Shown here piece by piece: positions 48,731 through 58,922 of a DNA stretch of 64,000 nucleotides. This DNA comes from an uncultured Pirellulaceae bacterium (GTDB lineage: Bacteria; Planctomycetota; Planctomycetia; Pirellulales; Pirellulaceae), in the NCBI GenBank assembly GCA_937944405.1, contig CALDYR010000042.1, positions 3,107 through 67,106 on the forward strand, in the 5' to 3' direction. The notes beneath the pieces are model-generated. The model was not told the DNA's origin, did not search any database, and worked only from the letters and a program-made list of their open reading frames with translations. The position numbers and the translations under genes are program-made. The first letter of the stretch is position 1, and the number at the start of each line of letters is the position of its first letter.

Positions 48731-51174
48731 TGTTAAACATTCAACGGTTAATGCAAATCTGCCTGTTGGCAACGGCGCTGAACAGCAGTGCTTTATTGGC
48801 GATTTCAACCAACAGCGTCGGTCTGTTCCTGATTGCGTTGATTTGCGCAGTCGGCGGATTTGCACTGACCGATCTGCTGAAATGCTTTCGCATCGAGGGC
48901 TGGTTAGCGAATGTTGTTTCTATCGCGATTCTGATATTAGCGATGAAAGACTTTTTCTTCATCGACAGTTCCGGAAAATTGATCGCCGTTTCCAATCTGC
49001 TGGTATACCTTCAAAGCGTGCTGATGTTCCAGAACAAAACGCCGCGATTAAACTGGCAGATTCTTGTCCTCAGCTTACTCCAGGTTGTGATCACGACGAT
49101 ATTTTCTGTCGGTTTCTCCAACAGTTATCTGCTGTTGTTGTACTTTGCCGTCGCCGGCGCTGCGATGGTCTTGCAATCGATTTACACCGAAACCATTGAC
49201 ATTGCCAAACGCAATAAATCAGTGATCCCTATCATGAAAGCCGTCAGCAGCGGCAGCGATACGGTCCGATCATCGGCAATTTCAATCGACCGCAGAACCT
49301 TAACCACTCCTTTGACGTTGTTTGATGATGTGGGTTACCGAAAAAAGACCCTCCTGCACGTCGCCGTGCGTTTGTCGTACTGGATGGTGGCGAGCCTCTT
49401 ATTTACCTCAGTGTTGTTTCTGATGGCACCGCGCACTAACAAACCTTTGTTTCAGCCCATCACCTACAAGGTCGCCGCAACGGGGCTTAACAATGAAGTC
49501 AACCTAAACGAATCAGGACTGATCCGCGGATCCAACACCCCCATCTTCACCGCACAAATCATCGACACGCGATCAAACACTCCCATGCGTGTGGGGAACG
49601 TCCCCTACTACCGTTCAATGGCGCTCTCCACGCTCACCATCGAAGACGGCCAAACCAACTGGCGCGCCCCCTTTGATCGCATCGACGATAGTTTCTATCG
49701 CGCTTTACCCAGCGGTCGTTTCCGCACCGCCGATCGTGAAGTCAAACAGATTATCACATTGGAACAAACGACTAATCCAATGGTTTACGGAATCATGCCC
49801 ATCCGTTCGACCCCTAATTCGCCCGGCAACATTGAATTTTGTAGTGAAATTTCCGCCCATGTTCGGGCACGGGCTGATGGCAAAGTCACCCTCTCTCCGT
49901 TTAAATACGAAATCGGCACCCTCCTAGATAAACGCGGATTTTCGCTTCCCGGGTGGCCCCACTACAGCTTCGATCCCCACAACCGACAGGGATTTATATC
50001 GACCGATTCCATGCCCCATCAATGGCTGACCGAAATTGATCGGCAACGATACCCGGTGTTAGTCGCTGAAGCCGATCGTCTTGCCGCCGAAAACGCTGCT
50101 GCCAACGGGACATTCCAAAATTTAGTCGACAAATTTACGGATTACTTCTCAGGAAATCGTTTTAAGTACACGTTAGACTACCGACTGGTTCCGCGCGATA
50201 AGTCGATTGATTCGGTCGAAGACTTTTTCGCCAACCATCGCTCCGGTCACTGCGAGATGTACGCATCAGCGCTCACGTTGATGCTACGCAGCCAAAATAT
50301 CCCAGCGCGATTGGTCGTCGGATTCATGGCCAAAGAGTTCAACGAACTGACCAACAGTTACACCATTCGAGGCAAACACGCCCACGCGTGGGTCGAAGTT
50401 TACTTGCATCCCGATGCTTGTTCGGACGAAATGTTCGCCCGTGGAGTCGCAGGACCGGCGGGCGCTTGGATCACCGCAGATCCCAACCCAATCGCCACGC
50501 TCGCTGGTGGCGGCGACGCGACCAGCAATCCAATCGAATTAGCCCGCACGGTGTGGCAAGACATCGTGCTGGGAATGGAAGGCCGTGAGTCCCGCGACGG
50601 TCAGGTGAACACTTTCTTTCTATTCAGACATTTTCAGAATTTACTGACCGGCGGCACAAACGCGATCAAAACAGTAAGATCGTGGTCCAGCCACACCGGC
50701 CCCCAAGTTGGCCTCCTTGCGTTGCTGGCGATTTTCTTATTCGCCCGAATTTATATTCGGTCCTCTAAGATCAAATCCGTGCGTAAAAGCAAGAATCTTG
50801 AAAAGGTAGGAATCTTCCGTCGCTTGATGGCGTCGGCAGTGGGTTTGATCTCGACCGACCTTGAACAATGGATGCTACGAATCGATGATCGAAACACCTT
50901 GTTCTACGACGAATTCGCTTCGATTTTGAAATCCAAAAATCTACAACGCGACGACCACCAAACGCAACGCGAATTCGCTGAACTTTCAATGCTCCATTTC
51001 AACCAGCACCCGGATCATCAACGCATTGCAAACATCATCCGCCATACTACCGAACGATTCTACGAAGTTCGTTTTGGTCAACGAGAACTCACGCAACTTG
51101 AATCCGAAAAAATCGCCCGTGACCTTGAATCGCTCAAATCTGCTTTAAATCCACGGCAACTCCAAAGCCGTTGA
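48730..51174 (+). CDS. Membrane transglutaminase-like protein (TgpA/DUF3488 type)
   Basis: N-terminal TM block; triad GHCEMYASA, HAHAWVEVY, WITADP; TGATG overlap with the DUF58 stop. Confidence 0.92.
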   Translation: MLNIQRLMQICLLATALNSSALLAISTNSVGLFLIALICAVGGFALTDLLKCFRIEGWLANVVSIAILILAMKDFFFIDSSGKLIAVSNLLVYLQSVLMFQNKTPRLNWQILVLSLLQVVITTIFSVGFSNSYLLLLYFAVAGAAMVLQSIYTETIDIAKRNKSVIPIMKAVSSGSDTVRSSAISIDRRTLTTPLTLFDDVGYRKKTLLHVAVRLSYWMVASLLFTSVLFLMAPRTNKPLFQPITYKVAATGLNNEVNLNESGLIRGSNTPIFTAQIIDTRSNTPMRVGNVPYYRSMALSTLTIEDGQTNWRAPFDRIDDSFYRALPSGRFRTADREVKQIITLEQTTNPMVYGIMPIRSTPNSPGNIEFCSEISAHVRARADGKVTLSPFKYEIGTLLDKRGFSLPGWPHYSFDPHNRQGFISTDSMPHQWLTEIDRQRYPVLVAEADRLAAENAAANGTFQNLVDKFTDYFSGNRFKYTLDYRLVPRDKSIDSVEDFFANHRSGHCEMYASALTLMLRSQNIPARLVVGFMAKEFNELTNSYTIRGKHAHAWVEVYLHPDACSDEMFARGVAGPAGAWITADPNPIATLAGGGDATSNPIELARTVWQDIVLGMEGRESRDGQVNTFFLFRHFQNLLTGGTNAIKTVRSWSSHTGPQVGLLALLAIFLFARIYIRSSKIKSVRKSKNLEKVGIFRRLMASAVGLISTDLEQWMLRIDDRNTLFYDEFASILKSKNLQRDDHQTQREFAELSMLHFNQHPDHQRIANIIRHTTERFYEVRFGQRELTQLESEKIARDLESLKSALNPRQLQSR

Positions 51175-51191
51175 TTCAATTACCGGTCGGC

Positions 51192-51821
51192 CTACTGCAA
51201 TAATTTGGCGCCGATTTTGTCAATGATTCTCACCCCCAAATCGGACTTGCTTCCCGATACATCCATAATGACCGAACCAGCGGCATCAATCATCTGTATC
51301 GAACTAACATCGGCCTCGATTGCCGAAGCATTATTTAAAATGATTAGGTCGCACCGTTTCTGTTTGAGTTTCGCAAACGCGCGCGATTGACCGTTCTGGG
51401 TTTCTAAAGCAAAACCAACGGACCATTGCTCTTTGATTTTTGTGTTTCCAAGGGTCGCAAGCACGTCATCGGCCTGCTCAAACTCAACGGTAATCGCTGC
51501 GCCCGTTTTCTTGATCTTGTGGGTTTCTACTGTTACGGCGCGGTAATCGCAGGGCGCCGCGGCGGCAATCACACCGTCGCAGGTTTTGAACTCTTCGACC
51601 GCGGCGGTCAGCATGTCATTCGTGGAAACCACGTTAATGATCTTGGCACCCGCAGGATAGTCTATCCCCACCGGCCCAGAAACAATGACCACTTCGTGTT
51701 TTCTTTCGATCGCCGCTTTGGCTAACGCTGCCCCCATCTTCCCGCTGGACGCGTTGCTGAGATAACGCACCGGATCTAAGTACTGACGTGTCGGTCCGGA
51801 CGTGATCAGAATTCGCGCCAT
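51192..51821 (-). CDS. coaB: Phosphopantothenate-cysteine ligase (stand-alone CoaB domain)
   Basis: ILITSGPTRQYLDPVRYLSNASSGKMG, AAAAPCDY, VGFALET, CDLIILN. Start uncertain (ORF opens at 51890). Confidence 0.88.
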   Translation of the reverse strand: MARILITSGPTRQYLDPVRYLSNASSGKMGAALAKAAIERKHEVVIVSGPVGIDYPAGAKIINVVSTNDMLTAAVEEFKTCDGVIAAAAPCDYRAVTVETHKIKKTGAAITVEFEQADDVLATLGNTKIKEQWSVGFALETQNGQSRAFAKLKQKRCDLIILNNASAIEADVSSIQMIDAAGSVIMDVSGSKSDLGVRIIDKIGAKLLQ

Positions 51822-51937
51822 CCATTTTCTCCACATGATTAGGCAACGCTGGACTGAGAGTAACACGGGCAACGCGGCCATGGTCTCCATCCAAACAACA
51901 CGATCGAAGCCAGCCTCCTTTTTTTCAAAAAAGGCAC

Positions 51938-52474
51938 TCAGAATTTGGCCACCGCCGCGACAACGGTTTGCGCTTCTGCCATTCTTCCTACACCTTTAAC
52001 CCGACAGCTTAACCACCCTTGTTCAGGTCCGATCATTTTCACGCCGTCAGATTCAAGTTGGTTGACGTTGCGTTGGACCGCGGGTTTCTCCCACATCTCA
52101 CAATTCATCGCCGGCGCAAACCAGACATCGCCGGTGAAGCAAAGATACAAAGTCGATATTAAATCGTCGGCGTGCCCTTGGGCCGCCGCAGCCAAAAAGT
52201 GCGCCGTTGCCGGGGCGACACACAAGGTTTCATAATGCCGGGCCAATTCAATGTGGGCCCCTAGAGGAAACCGGGGGTCAAATAAATCGGTCACCACCGG
52301 TTTTCCAGACAGCGCCGCCAAAGCGGTCCTCCCCACGAATCGTTCGGCCGCCGGTGACATCACAACGCAAACATCGTGCCCCGATTGAACCAATTGGCTC
52401 ACGATCGACGCCGATTTATAGGCCGCAATTCCGCCGGTGACCGCGACGATGACCTTGGAGGAATTGCTGGCCAT
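51938..52474 (-). CDS. coaC: Phosphopantothenoylcysteine decarboxylase (stand-alone CoaC flavoprotein)
   Basis: VTGGIAAYK, HIELA, VAPATAHFLA, APAMNCEMW, LSC..GVGRMAE. Confidence 0.9.
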   Translation of the reverse strand: MASNSSKVIVAVTGGIAAYKSASIVSQLVQSGHDVCVVMSPAAERFVGRTALAALSGKPVVTDLFDPRFPLGAHIELARHYETLCVAPATAHFLAAAAQGHADDLISTLYLCFTGDVWFAPAMNCEMWEKPAVQRNVNQLESDGVKMIGPEQGWLSCRVKGVGRMAEAQTVVAAVAKF

Positions 52475-52479
52475 AGAAT

Positions 52480-52740
52480 TTACATTTCGTCAAAATCTAA
52501 CGTCTGCAATTGATCCGCATCGGCGTCCTGATTCAATCCAACGTTGTCAGATGTATCCAAGAAAATTTTGTCGGTCAAAATCTCTTTCAAAACGATCGAC
52601 ATGTTGTCAGATTCCTTGGTCTGAATCAGCGGACGGGCGCCTTGGTTTAACTGCACCAGACGCTTCTGGATCAGTGTTGATAATTTAAAACGTCCACCAA
52701 CTTTTCGGACAATTTCTTCTTCTTTTAGTTCATCGTACAT
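52480..52740 (-). CDS. rpoZ: RNA polymerase omega subunit
   Basis: [26 protein letters not shown]; conserved gmk-rpoZ-coaBC order. Confidence 0.88.
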   Translation of the reverse strand: MYDELKEEEIVRKVGGRFKLSTLIQKRLVQLNQGARPLIQTKESDNMSIVLKEILTDKIFLDTSDNVGLNQDADADQLQTLDFDEM

Positions 52741-52746
52741 GCAGGA

Positions 52747-53358
52747 TTATTCCACACTTTCTAATATCTGGCAAATTTCGGCCGCTGTTTGTTCGACCGA
52801 TTGATTGATCACGACATGCTGATATAGCGTCGCCATATCAAGTTCGCGCTGGGCGACTTCCAACCGTCGCTGCAACGCCGTTTCTGTCTCTGTTCCGCGT
52901 CCGCGTAGGCGTCGTTCCAGTTCTTCCGCACTTCCGGGATGGACGAAAATTGTAATCGCATTAGGGTAATGTTTGAGCACCTTTTGGGCACCTTCGACGT
53001 CAATCTCTAAAATTACCCATTTTCCTTCGGTTAAACCAGCCTTAACGGTTGCTTTGAGTGTCCCGTACCAATGCCCACGTCCAAAAACCTCAGTATATTC
53101 AAGGAATTCATCGTTGTTGACTCGCCGCCGGAATTCCTCGTCGGATAAGTAATAGTAACTGACACCTTCGACCTCGCCGGTGCGCCGAGACCGCGTCGTG
53201 GCGGATACACTCATCATAAGCGGACGCCGACAGTTCCTATGAATTGCAGCTAACACCGTGGTTTTCCCCACGCCCGATGGACCGGAAAAAATTACCAATC
53301 GCCCCTCGGAGGGAGATTCAACGGCGTGTTGCGTATTGCTTTTTGGGTCTGAGTTCAC
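52747..53358 (-). CDS. gmk: Guanylate kinase
   Basis: SGPSGVGKTT, VSATTRSRRTGEVEGVSYYY, HWYGT, LEIDVEGA. Confidence 0.96.
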   Translation of the reverse strand: MNSDPKSNTQHAVESPSEGRLVIFSGPSGVGKTTVLAAIHRNCRRPLMMSVSATTRSRRTGEVEGVSYYYLSDEEFRRRVNNDEFLEYTEVFGRGHWYGTLKATVKAGLTEGKWVILEIDVEGAQKVLKHYPNAITIFVHPGSAEELERRLRGRGTETETALQRRLEVAQRELDMATLYQHVVINQSVEQTAAEICQILESVE

Positions 53359-53361
53359 CGG

Positions 53362-54243
53362 CTACTCAACGTTCTGAACCATTTCGCGGATGCGTTCGAT
53401 TGCTGTTTTGATCTCTACAACGTGGTTGGCGATGTCAGAATCATTTGACTTCGACCCGATCGTGTTCGTTTCCCGTAACATCTCTTGGACAATGAATTCC
53501 AACTTCTTCCCATTGCTTTGGGGTAGGTCTGCAATTTTATTGAATTGATCAATATGGTTGCCCAACCGCACGACCTCTTCGGAGATATCACAGCGTTCGG
53601 CAAACACGCCAACCTCTTTGATGATGTCCGACGCGCCGAAGGTAACTTCGAACTTCTCCAACATGCTGTTGATTCGGTCAGTCATTTTCTTCACGTAAGC
53701 ATCCACCATCCGCGGCGCTATGCTTTGAATCGATGTCAACTGAGCCTCTATCGTTTGGCAGTTGGCCAACACGTCGGTCAACATTGCGTCGCCTTCTTGG
53801 GATCGCATCTCCCCCAAGTGCTTCAACGCTTCGGCCGCGGCGATTTTCACCAAAGGCCAGATAATCTCTGAACGGTCTTCCCTAGCCGCATCGTCGACAA
53901 CCCCTGGAAGCCCCATCACCGATTCAATTCCCACGGACTGAGAACCACCGGCAATTTCCGACAATTGCAACCAATAGGCGTTGATTGCGTCTTTGTTAAG
54001 CGCGTACTCCTGTTGGCGTTTTTGCAACAGCGCATTGACCCGCACACTCACGGAACCTCGGTTGATAGACGCCTTGATTTGTGATTCAAGTTCAGACTGG
54101 AACTGCGCATTGAGTTCGCTGTAGACGTTGAGTTTCAAAAATCGGTTATTGACCGTGCGAATTTCGACCGTCACCTGAGCAAGATCGTTCGCCGCAGCGC
54201 CCTGTCCATGTCCCGTCATGCTCAGTAACAAATCACGCTCCAA
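53362..54243 (-). CDS. yicC: YicC/YloC-family endoribonuclease
   Basis: SMTGHG, EIRTVNNRF, DISEEVVRL, GKKLEFIVQEMLRETNTIGSK, ERIREMVQNVE. Confidence 0.93.
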   Translation of the reverse strand: MERDLLLSMTGHGQGAAANDLAQVTVEIRTVNNRFLKLNVYSELNAQFQSELESQIKASINRGSVSVRVNALLQKRQQEYALNKDAINAYWLQLSEIAGGSQSVGIESVMGLPGVVDDAAREDRSEIIWPLVKIAAAEALKHLGEMRSQEGDAMLTDVLANCQTIEAQLTSIQSIAPRMVDAYVKKMTDRINSMLEKFEVTFGASDIIKEVGVFAERCDISEEVVRLGNHIDQFNKIADLPQSNGKKLEFIVQEMLRETNTIGSKSNDSDIANHVVEIKTAIERIREMVQNVE

Positions 54244-54312
54244 CTTGATAAAACAATAGCGCTAAAAAAACAGCTCGCTTAGGGCGAAAGAATTGCGCCC
54301 AACCGCGCTGCC

Positions 54313-54960
54313 TTATTCTTCTAAAGTGGTTTCAGATTCTTCATTGTCAGCGCTGTCAGTATCAGCCACATCTTCGTCAACGTCTGTGTCGGAGTCGTCT
54401 GTGTCGGCGTCGTCTGTGTCGGAGTTGTCTGTGTCGGAGTTGTTGGAATCTTCTGCGTCTGGAATTTGGTCGGTGCTTTTCGCGGTGCTGCCTGCGGCGT
54501 CGTCATCAGTCCCCACGCTCTCCGCGGTGTCATCATCAGCCGTTTCACCACTATCAGCGGGCGACTTGGGCGTATCGTCCGGAGCCCCAATCGATGAACT
54601 TCCTGCGGCCGGGGCACCATCTTGTTCGCCATCTGAGAAGACACCGTTTTCCATATCCCGGGCAATATCGATTGGCGACTTGGTGCGGTTGACGGTTTTA
54701 GGTGGTGGTTTGTTGAACAGGGCGATCGTGACCATGCACAACGTGATCCAAACCAGCGACGTAATCACTGTAACTCTGGTAAACGCATCTCCGGCTTTTG
54801 CACCGAATGCACTTTGCCCGCCCATGCCGCCGAGTGCTCCAGTCAGCCCGCCGCCTTTGCCGCGTTGGACCAGAATCAACAGGATTAGAAATACCGATCC
54901 CAACAAAAGCAACAATTGGAATAACCCCAGCCCGATTCTCATTTGACTGAGGATTTCCAT
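54313..54960 (-). CDS. secG: Preprotein translocase SecG with a long acidic C-terminal tail
   Basis: [35 protein letters not shown]; downstream of tpiA. Start uncertain (54942, 54960 or 55068). Confidence 0.88.
   Translation of the reverse strand: MEILSQMRIGLGLFQLLLLLGSVFLILLILVQRGKGGGLTGALGGMGGQSAFGAKAGDAFTRVTVITSLVWITLCMVTIALFNKPPPKTVNRTKSPIDIARDMENGVFSDGEQDGAPAAGSSSIGAPDDTPKSPADSGETADDDTAESVGTDDDAAGSTAKSTDQIPDAEDSNNSDTDNSDTDDADTDDSDTDVDEDVADTDSADNEESETTLEE
54382..54441. repeat. 15-bp tandem repeat x4 (xSDTD/DADTD)
   Basis: GTCTGTGTCGGAGTC / GTCTGTGTCGGCGTC / GTCTGTGTCGGAGTT x2. Confidence 0.9.
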
Positions 54961-55077
54961 TTGACTGAGAAAACTAAATTCGAGTACACTCATTTGACGA
55001 TCACTTAACAATTGCAATAAAACAAACGCAGAATCGAAACGCGACTTCCACGTTTGCGAAATGAACATCGCCGCAAC

Positions 55078-55830
55078 CTAATTGGCTGCCGCGATGATGG
55101 CCGCGAAACTATCGGCCTTGAGCGATGCTCCGCCAACCAACGCACCGTCGATGTCGGGCTGTCCCAACAGTTCTGCGGCGTTATCAGGTTTCACACTACC
55201 ACCGTACAAGATCTGCACGGCATCGGCGACAGATTGATTATACTCCGTGGCTAACATTTTGCGAAGATCAGCATGAACCTCTTGAGCCTGCTGGGGAGAA
55301 GCCGTCTTCCCTGTCCCGATCGCCCAAACGGGCTCATAAGCAATAACGATTTTAGCCATCTGCTGGTCAGAAACGTCCTTTAAAGAACCTGTCATCTGAG
55401 TCTGCACGACTTCGGAGGTCTTACCGGCCTCACGTTCTTCGAGCAGCTCCCCGACGCATAGGACCGGCGTCAACCCTGCAGCCAATGCTGCGTGGACTTT
55501 TTTGTTGATCAGTTGATCGCATTCGCCGATGACGTTACGCCGTTCGCTGTGGCCGAGGATCACGTAGCGACAACCGACATCTTTGAGCATATCGGTGGAG
55601 GTTTCTCCGGTGAACGCGCCGCCGGATTCGAAGTACACGTCTTGCCCCCCAACGGCGACTTTGGAACCCGATACCGCGTTGGCCACGGCGTCCAAGTAGA
55701 CATTTGAAGGACAAACCAGCACGTCAGCGTTGTCGCCAACGTCCGCCGCCGCAACCCCCTTAGCCAGCTCAACAGCGTCGCTGCGGTTGAGGTTCATTTT
55801 CCAGTTTCCCGCAATCAGATAACGTCTCAT
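55078..55830 (-). CDS. tpiA: Triosephosphate isomerase
   Basis: [38 protein letters not shown]. Confidence 0.98.
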   Translation of the reverse strand: MRRYLIAGNWKMNLNRSDAVELAKGVAAADVGDNADVLVCPSNVYLDAVANAVSGSKVAVGGQDVYFESGGAFTGETSTDMLKDVGCRYVILGHSERRNVIGECDQLINKKVHAALAAGLTPVLCVGELLEEREAGKTSEVVQTQMTGSLKDVSDQQMAKIVIAYEPVWAIGTGKTASPQQAQEVHADLRKMLATEYNQSVADAVQILYGGSVKPDNAAELLGQPDIDGALVGGASLKADSFAAIIAAAN

Positions 55831-56063
55831 CGAATTTTAGTTCCGCAATAGATGGGTTCAACATCGGTAATTTTTGAGCCTCAGAGTTTACCAGAAGCAA
55901 TCTGGTGCGACAGTGCAAAAGGGGGGCGATATTTACGGGAACAAGGCTATTTCAAGCCAAACGGGGGCAACAGTCGTTTCAATCGCCCCAAAAATCGCCC
56001 CAAAAAATTGAAGCTCCCCCAAATCAAAGCTCCCTCGGCGACCACTATTTCACGGTGCGAATT

Positions 56064-58922
56064 TTACCGGTCAGAGTAAACGCGGGTAGTCTCTTCTTTG
56101 GACACTTCGACCTCACGTCCGTCCGAACGGATACTGGCGATGATTCGGTGATCCCCAGGAGCATTCCCTCGGGCGCGAATCGAAAGCTGCACTTCGCGTC
56201 CCGGCGGCAGACTGCTGATCGGCTCAAATGCGACCTGCTGACCTTGAATCTGATGCCGCAAGTCGCCATCAACGTCCGTCGGCGATAGCCCGCGCGGGAA
56301 CTCCACCTGTAACTGAACGTTGCCGGCGACTTTGGTGCCCTGATTGAGAATCCTCAACCGGTAGGTCGTGTCGGTGCCGACTTCGATAGGATCGACCACA
56401 TCGTCAATTTCAAAATGAACGTCCACCAAATGTTCGACCGACATCTCTTGAGTCGTCTCCGCGGTCAGCCTCAAATCAGCGTTGGCCTGAAATTTGATGT
56501 CTTGTCGCCCTACTTCTACCGGGACCGTGGTCAATTCGACGGTACCCGCGACCCCATCTTTAAGACTTGGCATCTTCCAGTACACTGCGTGGGAGTTGGA
56601 ATCGTAGCGCCCGCGATTGTCCGAACTGACGTACCGTACTCCGCTGGGCAACCGTGCGATCAGGTTAACATTACTGGCTTCGGCAGTTCCACGGTTCTCG
56701 ATCGTGAACTGATGCGTCGCTTGCCGCTGTAAAAACCGTCGACTGGGGCCGTCACTGGTGACTTTAATTTCGGGCGCGATCACTTCGACATCGATTTCAT
56801 GCTTCGCCTCCAGTCCCCCTTTGCCAGAGACAAAGACGACGTTGCGAAACGGCCCAACCTTATCCGCCCGTAGCGCGAGTTGGATTTTCCGTTTCTGTCC
56901 TGGCATCAGCGTTCCGACCTCGTATTCCAGTTGCCGAAACCCTTCTTGATACTCCAATTGGTCTGGAACTTCTTCTTGAACGATGACGTCGGTCGCCGGG
57001 CCATCACCTTTATTTTCGACAATCACCTCAAACACCACGTTGTCACCAATCAGCACCCTCGGCCGCGTTGAATGCACGATGTCTAAAACGGGTTTCGTAA
57101 CCACCGTCCGCATCGACGCTTGCGTTGCGAACAGCACATGGGCAACGCTGCCGATTTCTCCCGGTTGGGTCGGTCGTAACTGGAATCGGATTCGTTTTTC
57201 CTGCCCCGGTTCGATCGAACCGAGCGTCCATTGAACGTCACCACCGCGATCCAATTTCGACGGTTCGGGAGACGCACCAATGAACTCAGTCCCCGATGGA
57301 ACTCGGTCAACCACCATCACATCGTTAGCGACCACTCGGCCCACGTTGCGAACTTTGATCTCGAAGTCCGCCGACTGGTTGACTTGAATTTCGCGCGGAG
57401 AAACTTTTTCAATCGTTAAAGACGGTGCTTGCACCCCTTCTAATTTTCGATCACCGGGAGTGTTCAAAATAGGCGCGCTGAGCGAACTGGCCAGTTGAGC
57501 GTTCAATTGCGTGGACGAAGAAACGTTTCGCTGTGCCGGCAATCTCGGCGAACTTGACCGCGTGGTTTCTAACGCCGGCCGGGCTGATGACGCCAGAGAA
57601 CTAGGGCGGTTAGTTAGCGGACGAGTGGCTTGTGAAAGCGCGGCTTGTGGGCGCGCTGTTTGTGGACGCGCGGCTTGTGGGCGCGCTGTTTGTGGTCGAG
57701 TCGCGGTGGTCGCCGCGCTACCAAAAGGCCTACTTTGAACGGGCCGGCTGGAGTTGGAAAAGGAGCGCGTTGGACCGGGTTTGGTTGTCGCCGGCGGGGT
57801 GGTCGGCGCCCCAGACCGACGGTCGGCGAACGATCGCAAACCGCCGTTGTTACTGGTCGAAGATTGCACCGGTCGCAACACCGCCGAAGGGTTCGACGGC
57901 GCGACGCTGGAACTCCCCTGGGGCGTCAAATCCGATTTCCCAAAACTCGGACTCGAAGCCTGCCCCGATGTCCGCGCCGTAGACCCCGACCGACCGAAGG
58001 AATTTGACTGATCGAAGGAATTTGACAACGTCGACGATGTTTTCTTGGTTAAATCTACCGCCGCGTTGGTACCCGCGTTGGCAGCGCCGTCGACCGTTTT
58101 TTTAGTAGCGGCCAACAGAGCTCCCGCACCTGAGTTCACCGAACTACGTAAGTCGCCAAAACTTTTACTGGTCGCCGCTGCGGCAGATTTCGCCACCGAA
58201 TTTACCGAATCACCGAAGTTCGTTGACGGGCGGCTCGCACTTGTGGCTGGATTACCGAAACCTATGCTGCTAATCTTGGGTGCAAAACCACTGCTGTTAG
58301 CTTGAGCAAGCCGTTCCGGTGGTTTGGGAGTTACCGCAGGTCTAGTTTGCGGCCCGGGTTTCGTTATTGCCGCAGACGGTGTTGTCGCCGCCGAGCGTTG
58401 GATCACACCGAAACCTTGTGAAGCCGATGGACTCAACGTGGAAGGTTTGTTGAAACTGGAAGCGACCCGCGGTTTGGGTTGTGACTGGCTTCCGATCGAA
58501 AACCCGGAGGTCGGGCGGGCGATTTTCGCAGGCGTATTAACGGGTTTGCTGACCGGGTTGCTGCCGGTTTTAGAAAACGGTGAAGACGACGGCGTGACCA
58601 CAACCGCCGGCTTGATCACTTTATTGGTACCGCCAAAGTTGACGCTGGGTTTAGGGACCGGTGAATTGGTGGTGCTCGTAGACGACGGTTTCACCGCGGC
58701 GACAAAAGCGACTGGTTTCGCCTCAGGCTGGTTTTCTGATTCGGTCACTGCGGGGTGATCATGGTCGGCGTGCGGATCTTCATCGCCGCCGCTGATTGAC
58801 TGAATCACCGCAAACGTTCCCAACGCCAAGAATAATCCCACCGCTAAAAATCGTCCGATCAACGCGCGCGAAAGGAAGGGCGTTGGTTCACTGTCCTGTT
58901 CGATTGAATCGGAATCGGCCAT
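56064..58922 (-). CDS. Membrane-anchored DUF11-repeat protein with a long Ser/Thr/Pro-rich linker
   Basis: N-terminal TM (FLAVGLFLALGTFAVI), about 450 aa low-complexity stalk, then about 4 Ig-like DUF11 repeats (LTIEK..F.I.VRN.G...A.DV.V.D.VP.G.EF). ATG 58922 preferred. Confidence 0.82.
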   Translation of the reverse strand: MADSDSIEQDSEPTPFLSRALIGRFLAVGLFLALGTFAVIQSISGGDEDPHADHDHPAVTESENQPEAKPVAFVAAVKPSSTSTTNSPVPKPSVNFGGTNKVIKPAVVVTPSSSPFSKTGSNPVSKPVNTPAKIARPTSGFSIGSQSQPKPRVASSFNKPSTLSPSASQGFGVIQRSAATTPSAAITKPGPQTRPAVTPKPPERLAQANSSGFAPKISSIGFGNPATSASRPSTNFGDSVNSVAKSAAAATSKSFGDLRSSVNSGAGALLAATKKTVDGAANAGTNAAVDLTKKTSSTLSNSFDQSNSFGRSGSTARTSGQASSPSFGKSDLTPQGSSSVAPSNPSAVLRPVQSSTSNNGGLRSFADRRSGAPTTPPATTKPGPTRSFSNSSRPVQSRPFGSAATTATRPQTARPQAARPQTARPQAALSQATRPLTNRPSSLASSARPALETTRSSSPRLPAQRNVSSSTQLNAQLASSLSAPILNTPGDRKLEGVQAPSLTIEKVSPREIQVNQSADFEIKVRNVGRVVANDVMVVDRVPSGTEFIGASPEPSKLDRGGDVQWTLGSIEPGQEKRIRFQLRPTQPGEIGSVAHVLFATQASMRTVVTKPVLDIVHSTRPRVLIGDNVVFEVIVENKGDGPATDVIVQEEVPDQLEYQEGFRQLEYEVGTLMPGQKRKIQLALRADKVGPFRNVVFVSGKGGLEAKHEIDVEVIAPEIKVTSDGPSRRFLQRQATHQFTIENRGTAEASNVNLIARLPSGVRYVSSDNRGRYDSNSHAVYWKMPSLKDGVAGTVELTTVPVEVGRQDIKFQANADLRLTAETTQEMSVEHLVDVHFEIDDVVDPIEVGTDTTYRLRILNQGTKVAGNVQLQVEFPRGLSPTDVDGDLRHQIQGQQVAFEPISSLPPGREVQLSIRARGNAPGDHRIIASIRSDGREVEVSKEETTRVYSDR
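57638..57695. repeat. 30-bp duplication built from 15-bp units (RPQTA/RPQAA)
   Basis: GCGCGGCTTGTGGGCGCGCTGTTTGTGG at 57638 and 57668. Confidence 0.9.

Noticed and set aside
51890-51940. Frameshifted single coaBC gene
   Set aside because: The CoaC stop precedes the homopolymer runs, both halves end and start at domain boundaries, and the spacer does not encode a recognisable linker.
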